A stretch of DNA of 64,000 nt from Methanobacteriota archaeon (GTDB lineage: Archaea; Thermoplasmatota; Thermoplasmata; SG8-5; JAGLSY01), in assembly GCA_020696385.1 (NCBI GenBank), contig JAEHCQ010000002.1:288001-352000 (forward strand), given 5' to 3'. Shown here in pieces: positions 60,982 to 64,000 of this stretch. The notes under the pieces are model-generated. The model made no database searches. It had not been told where the DNA came from and worked only from the letters and a program-made list of their open reading frames with translations. The translations under genes and the position numbers were made by a program. Every line of letters starts with the position of its first letter. The stretch's first letter is position 1.

Positions 60982-61905
60982 TTATTTTACCCAATATGGA
61001 CTGGCCAGATCCTCATGAGCGCTGTTAGCTGCTATCGCTCCTTCAGAGCAGGCTGTTATGATCTGCCTGAAGCCACCACTGACATCACCAGCGGCATAGA
61101 ACATTGAGATGTTCGTTCTCTGCTCTTTATCCGTGATGACATATCCCTCATCATCTATCTCGATCCCAAGATCCTTTATGAGATCCGTTTGGGGGATATC
61201 GCCAATTGAAATGAATACCCCGTTGAAATCCACATTCGACATTTCCGAGGTCTTCACATTTTTAATTCTCAATCCTTCCAGCATATTCTCTCCGAGGAAT
61301 TCTTCGACCACGGAATCATACATCACGTTTATGCCCATTTCCGCTATGGTTTCTTTGTGTCTATCCTCGGCCCTGAGCTCATCCCTTCTGTGGATGATGG
61401 TGACATCTATGCCTAGTTTCTTGAGGAATATGGCCTCGGTGGCCGCATTGTTGCCTCCACCCACTATGGCCACTTTCTTGCCCTTGAAAAAGAAACCATC
61501 GCAGGTGGCGCAGTATGAAACACCTTTACCCATCAATCGTCCTTCGCCAGGGGCGCCCAGTCTTTTGTGCACCGACCCAGTTACATAGATAACTGCTCTG
61601 AATTGATAATCGTCTTTGGATGTTTTAATAATGAAATAATCATCTTTCTTGGAAATAGCCTCCACCTTTTCGCTATCCTTGATCTCCACGTATTTTTTTG
61701 CCTGGGCACGCATCTTATCCATAAGATCCATACCCGAGATCTCTTCAAAACCCGGATAGTTCTCGATCCAGGGGGCTGTATTCGCCTGGCCGCCGTATAT
61801 TCCCTTGTCGAATACGACTGCCTTCAACCCGCTGCGGATGGCGTAAATACCGGCGGTGAGACCACCGGGTCCACCGCCGATTATAGCTATATCCTGTATG
61901 ATCAT
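60982..61905 (-). CDS. trxB: Thioredoxin reductase
   Basis: GGGPGG, IENYPG, GVSYCATCDG, GGGNNA, HRR, AAGD. Confidence 0.96.
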   Translation of the reverse strand: MIIQDIAIIGGGPGGLTAGIYAIRSGLKAVVFDKGIYGGQANTAPWIENYPGFEEISGMDLMDKMRAQAKKYVEIKDSEKVEAISKKDDYFIIKTSKDDYQFRAVIYVTGSVHKRLGAPGEGRLMGKGVSYCATCDGFFFKGKKVAIVGGGNNAATEAIFLKKLGIDVTIIHRRDELRAEDRHKETIAEMGINVMYDSVVEEFLGENMLEGLRIKNVKTSEMSNVDFNGVFISIGDIPQTDLIKDLGIEIDDEGYVITDKEQRTNISMFYAAGDVSGGFRQIITACSEGAIAANSAHEDLASPYWVK

Positions 61906-61929
61906 GTAATTTCTTCCTTTGTTCTTGAT

Positions 61930-62328
61930 TTATTGAAGCAATGAGTTGAGCTTCTGAATTATACTTTCCTTTGGAAGAGCTCCGACGGCTGTGTCGGCCA
62001 GTTCTCCATTGACAAAGAATAACATAGTGGGTATGCTCATTATGCTGTGCCTCATTGGAATGTCCCTGTTCTCGTCCGTGTTGAGCTTTCCAAATGCAAC
62101 TTTGCCTTTGTATTCTCCTGCCAGTTCATCAATGGTAGGCCCTAGCATTCTGCAAGGTCCGCACCATGGTGCCCAGCAATCTATTAGCACAACATTGTAC
62201 TTCTTAACAAATTCATCGAAATTCTGATCTGTAACCGGTTCTGGTTTATCTGGCCAATCTGCTGTCATCATTAATTCCTCCAATTTTTTCTCTCTTATTA
62301 TTTCCAATTCTTCGTCCATCAATATCAT
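61930..62328 (-). CDS. trxA: Thioredoxin
   Basis: WAPWCGPC, SIPT. Confidence 0.96.
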   Translation of the reverse strand: MILMDEELEIIREKKLEELMMTADWPDKPEPVTDQNFDEFVKKYNVVLIDCWAPWCGPCRMLGPTIDELAGEYKGKVAFGKLNTDENRDIPMRHSIMSIPTMLFFVNGELADTAVGALPKESIIQKLNSLLQ

Positions 62329-62529
62329 TCCTTCCTTTAACCTTTTGGACAGGCTTGGATATACACGCCCAATTTCTTATAGACTAAATATATTTTCCCT
62401 CCTTTTTTTATCACTGTTAACATCTGTTTGACAACTTCCTACCATCTATCCATATCTTCTGGTATGCTCTATCAGACCAAAATCGGGCCAATATTCAATC
62501 TTTAATAGAATAAAGTCAATACCCGCTCG

Positions 62530-63315
62530 ATGAAGGGCATCGTCTGCATATCGGGAAATGACCCATCTGGGGGGTCTGGCATAGCGGCCGATATACGAGC
62601 CAGCTCATATATCGGCGTACCATGCTTTCCAGTAATATCCATAATCACTTCTCAGACAAATGATGATGTTCTCGATGTTTCACCCGCTCCATCTTTATCT
62701 CAACAACTGAGAGCGGCTTTGGACCTAAACCCTGCATCTATCAAAATAGGTCTTCTGCACGCTCCAGATACCATACGGATCGTGGCTCATGAATTGAAAG
62801 TATTGGAAGAAAAATCGATTATTCTGGATACCGTTTTCGCATCATCCAGTGGCCACTCATTGGTCACCGAGGATTTCATATCCACATTCATTGACACGAT
62901 GATACCCCTTACCACGATCCTCACACCCAATATTCCCGAGGCTGAAGCACTTACAGGTCGAGATATTCACACTCAAGTGGATGTGGAAGAGGCATGTCGC
63001 CAATTACACGCTATGGGAGCCAGTAATATCCTCATTAAGGGAGGACATCTCGAAGGGGCGGAGGCAATGGACACCCTCTTTGACGGGACGATGTTCCACA
63101 CTTTTTCAGGTAAGAGGATACCGGGTAAATTCAGAGGTACTGGCTGCTCTTATTCCACGCTCATCGCGTCCCTGATTGGTCAGGGATACGATGTCAAGGA
63201 AGCTGTTGCAGGGGCTAAGGAACACCTACAAGCCGCTATCGAGCAAGCGGCTTGCTCCAGCCAGGCCGATCACCATATGCTCTTCTTGGGCGGTTCTAAG
63301 GGGGGTGGAGAGTGA
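62530..63315 (+). CDS. thiD: Hydroxymethylpyrimidine/phosphomethylpyrimidine kinase
   Basis: GNDPSGGSGIAAD, IKIG, TPN.PEA, IKGGH, GTGC. Confidence 0.92.
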   Translation: MKGIVCISGNDPSGGSGIAADIRASSYIGVPCFPVISIITSQTNDDVLDVSPAPSLSQQLRAALDLNPASIKIGLLHAPDTIRIVAHELKVLEEKSIILDTVFASSSGHSLVTEDFISTFIDTMIPLTTILTPNIPEAEALTGRDIHTQVDVEEACRQLHAMGASNILIKGGHLEGAEAMDTLFDGTMFHTFSGKRIPGKFRGTGCSYSTLIASLIGQGYDVKEAVAGAKEHLQAAIEQAACSSQADHHMLFLGGSKGGGE

Positions 63316-64000
63316 ATATAGGAATGTTCACCGATGCATGGCTGCCCACTCATGATGGCACGGTCACGTCCATCATCAAGTTTAGAGAAAGCCTGGAGAA
63401 GTTGGGGCACAAGGTCTTCATATTCGCCCCTGGTGACACAACAGGTCCCTCGGACTATGATGACAATGTCTTCCTGTTCAAGGCCAAGACCTTCAAGCAA
63501 TATCCAGATTACAAGCTCGCCATAGCCCCTTCCAAATGGAAGACGGACATGATCCTGGAGAATGATATCGAGATACTACACAATCACGGCATCGCTTTCA
63601 TGGCGCTCAAGGCGATGATAGGCTCCAATCTGACCAATATCCCATGTCTTCTGAACTTTCACACATGGGTGACCGAGGTCCAGGAATATTATCCAGTTAA
63701 TCTTAATGAGGATCTGATGGTATATCTATCATGGATATACCTCCGGGTGCTGATCGAGAGAAGTGATGGCGTGGTGACACCCAGCAATGCGGCAATGAGG
63801 GAATTGAAGGAAAAATGCCCGAAGATGAGATATACCAATGTCGTTGCCCCGGGCATTGATTTCAATAGTTTCAATCCCAATGTGAACGGTTCTGGTATCA
63901 GGGAGGATCTTGGATTGGAAAATTCTGAGGTTTTGATCCACGTAGGTCGTGTATCAAAAGAAAAGAACCTGGAATTGATATTCAAGGCATTGCCCACCAT
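63312..64000 (+). CDS. Glycosyltransferase family 4, partial (runs off window end)
   Basis: Not in the ORF track. GTG 63312 gives MNIGMFTDAWLPTHDGTVTSIIKFRESLEKLGHKVFIFAP...FHT...VTPS...PGID...HVGRVSKEKN. Confidence 0.9.
   Translation, partial: MNIGMFTDAWLPTHDGTVTSIIKFRESLEKLGHKVFIFAPGDTTGPSDYDDNVFLFKAKTFKQYPDYKLAIAPSKWKTDMILENDIEILHNHGIAFMALKAMIGSNLTNIPCLLNFHTWVTEVQEYYPVNLNEDLMVYLSWIYLRVLIERSDGVVTPSNAAMRELKEKCPKMRYTNVVAPGIDFNSFNPNVNGSGIREDLGLENSEVLIHVGRVSKEKNLELIFKALPT

Noticed and set aside
63270-64000. Short ORFs 63270-63500, 63334-63525, 63689-64000 and 63729-63941
   Set aside because: Explained by the GT4 glycosyltransferase running from 63312 off the window end.

Overview
Archaeal chromosomal window, most consistent with a Thermoplasmatota (Methanomassiliicoccales/Aciduliprofundum-related) organism. 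This rests on Cdc6/Orc1 with an ORB box, the rpl44e-rps27e-aIF2a-nop10-PAC operon, an intron-containing tRNA-Tyr, pantoate kinase and lineage-typical hypothetical proteins. It begins at a probable replication origin (gcvT 5' end, AT-rich tracts, ORB, cdc6). A 12-kb glutamate/redox cluster follows: tandem Lrp-like regulator, NuoE, small Cys-rich protein, NuoF-GltD fusion, NuoG-like Fe-S protein, stand-alone glutamate-synthase FMN subunit, receiver-PEP-synthase-like protein, gdhA and a remnant of a second GDH. The middle holds mostly housekeeping genes, two tRNAs, a 1440-aa TPR protein and several structured non-coding elements, including a five-unit hairpin array at about 40.0-40.3 kb. At 53-61 kb lies a tightly packed uncharacterised operon built around a single-domain KaiC-like ATPase, with V4R-like, Roadblock-like, C2H2-zinc-finger/wHTH scaffold and GNAT-like proteins. 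The best candidates for undescribed systems are that operon, the NuoEFG-GltD/glutamate-synthase complex and the hairpin array. All product calls come from motif recognition by eye; no database searches were run.
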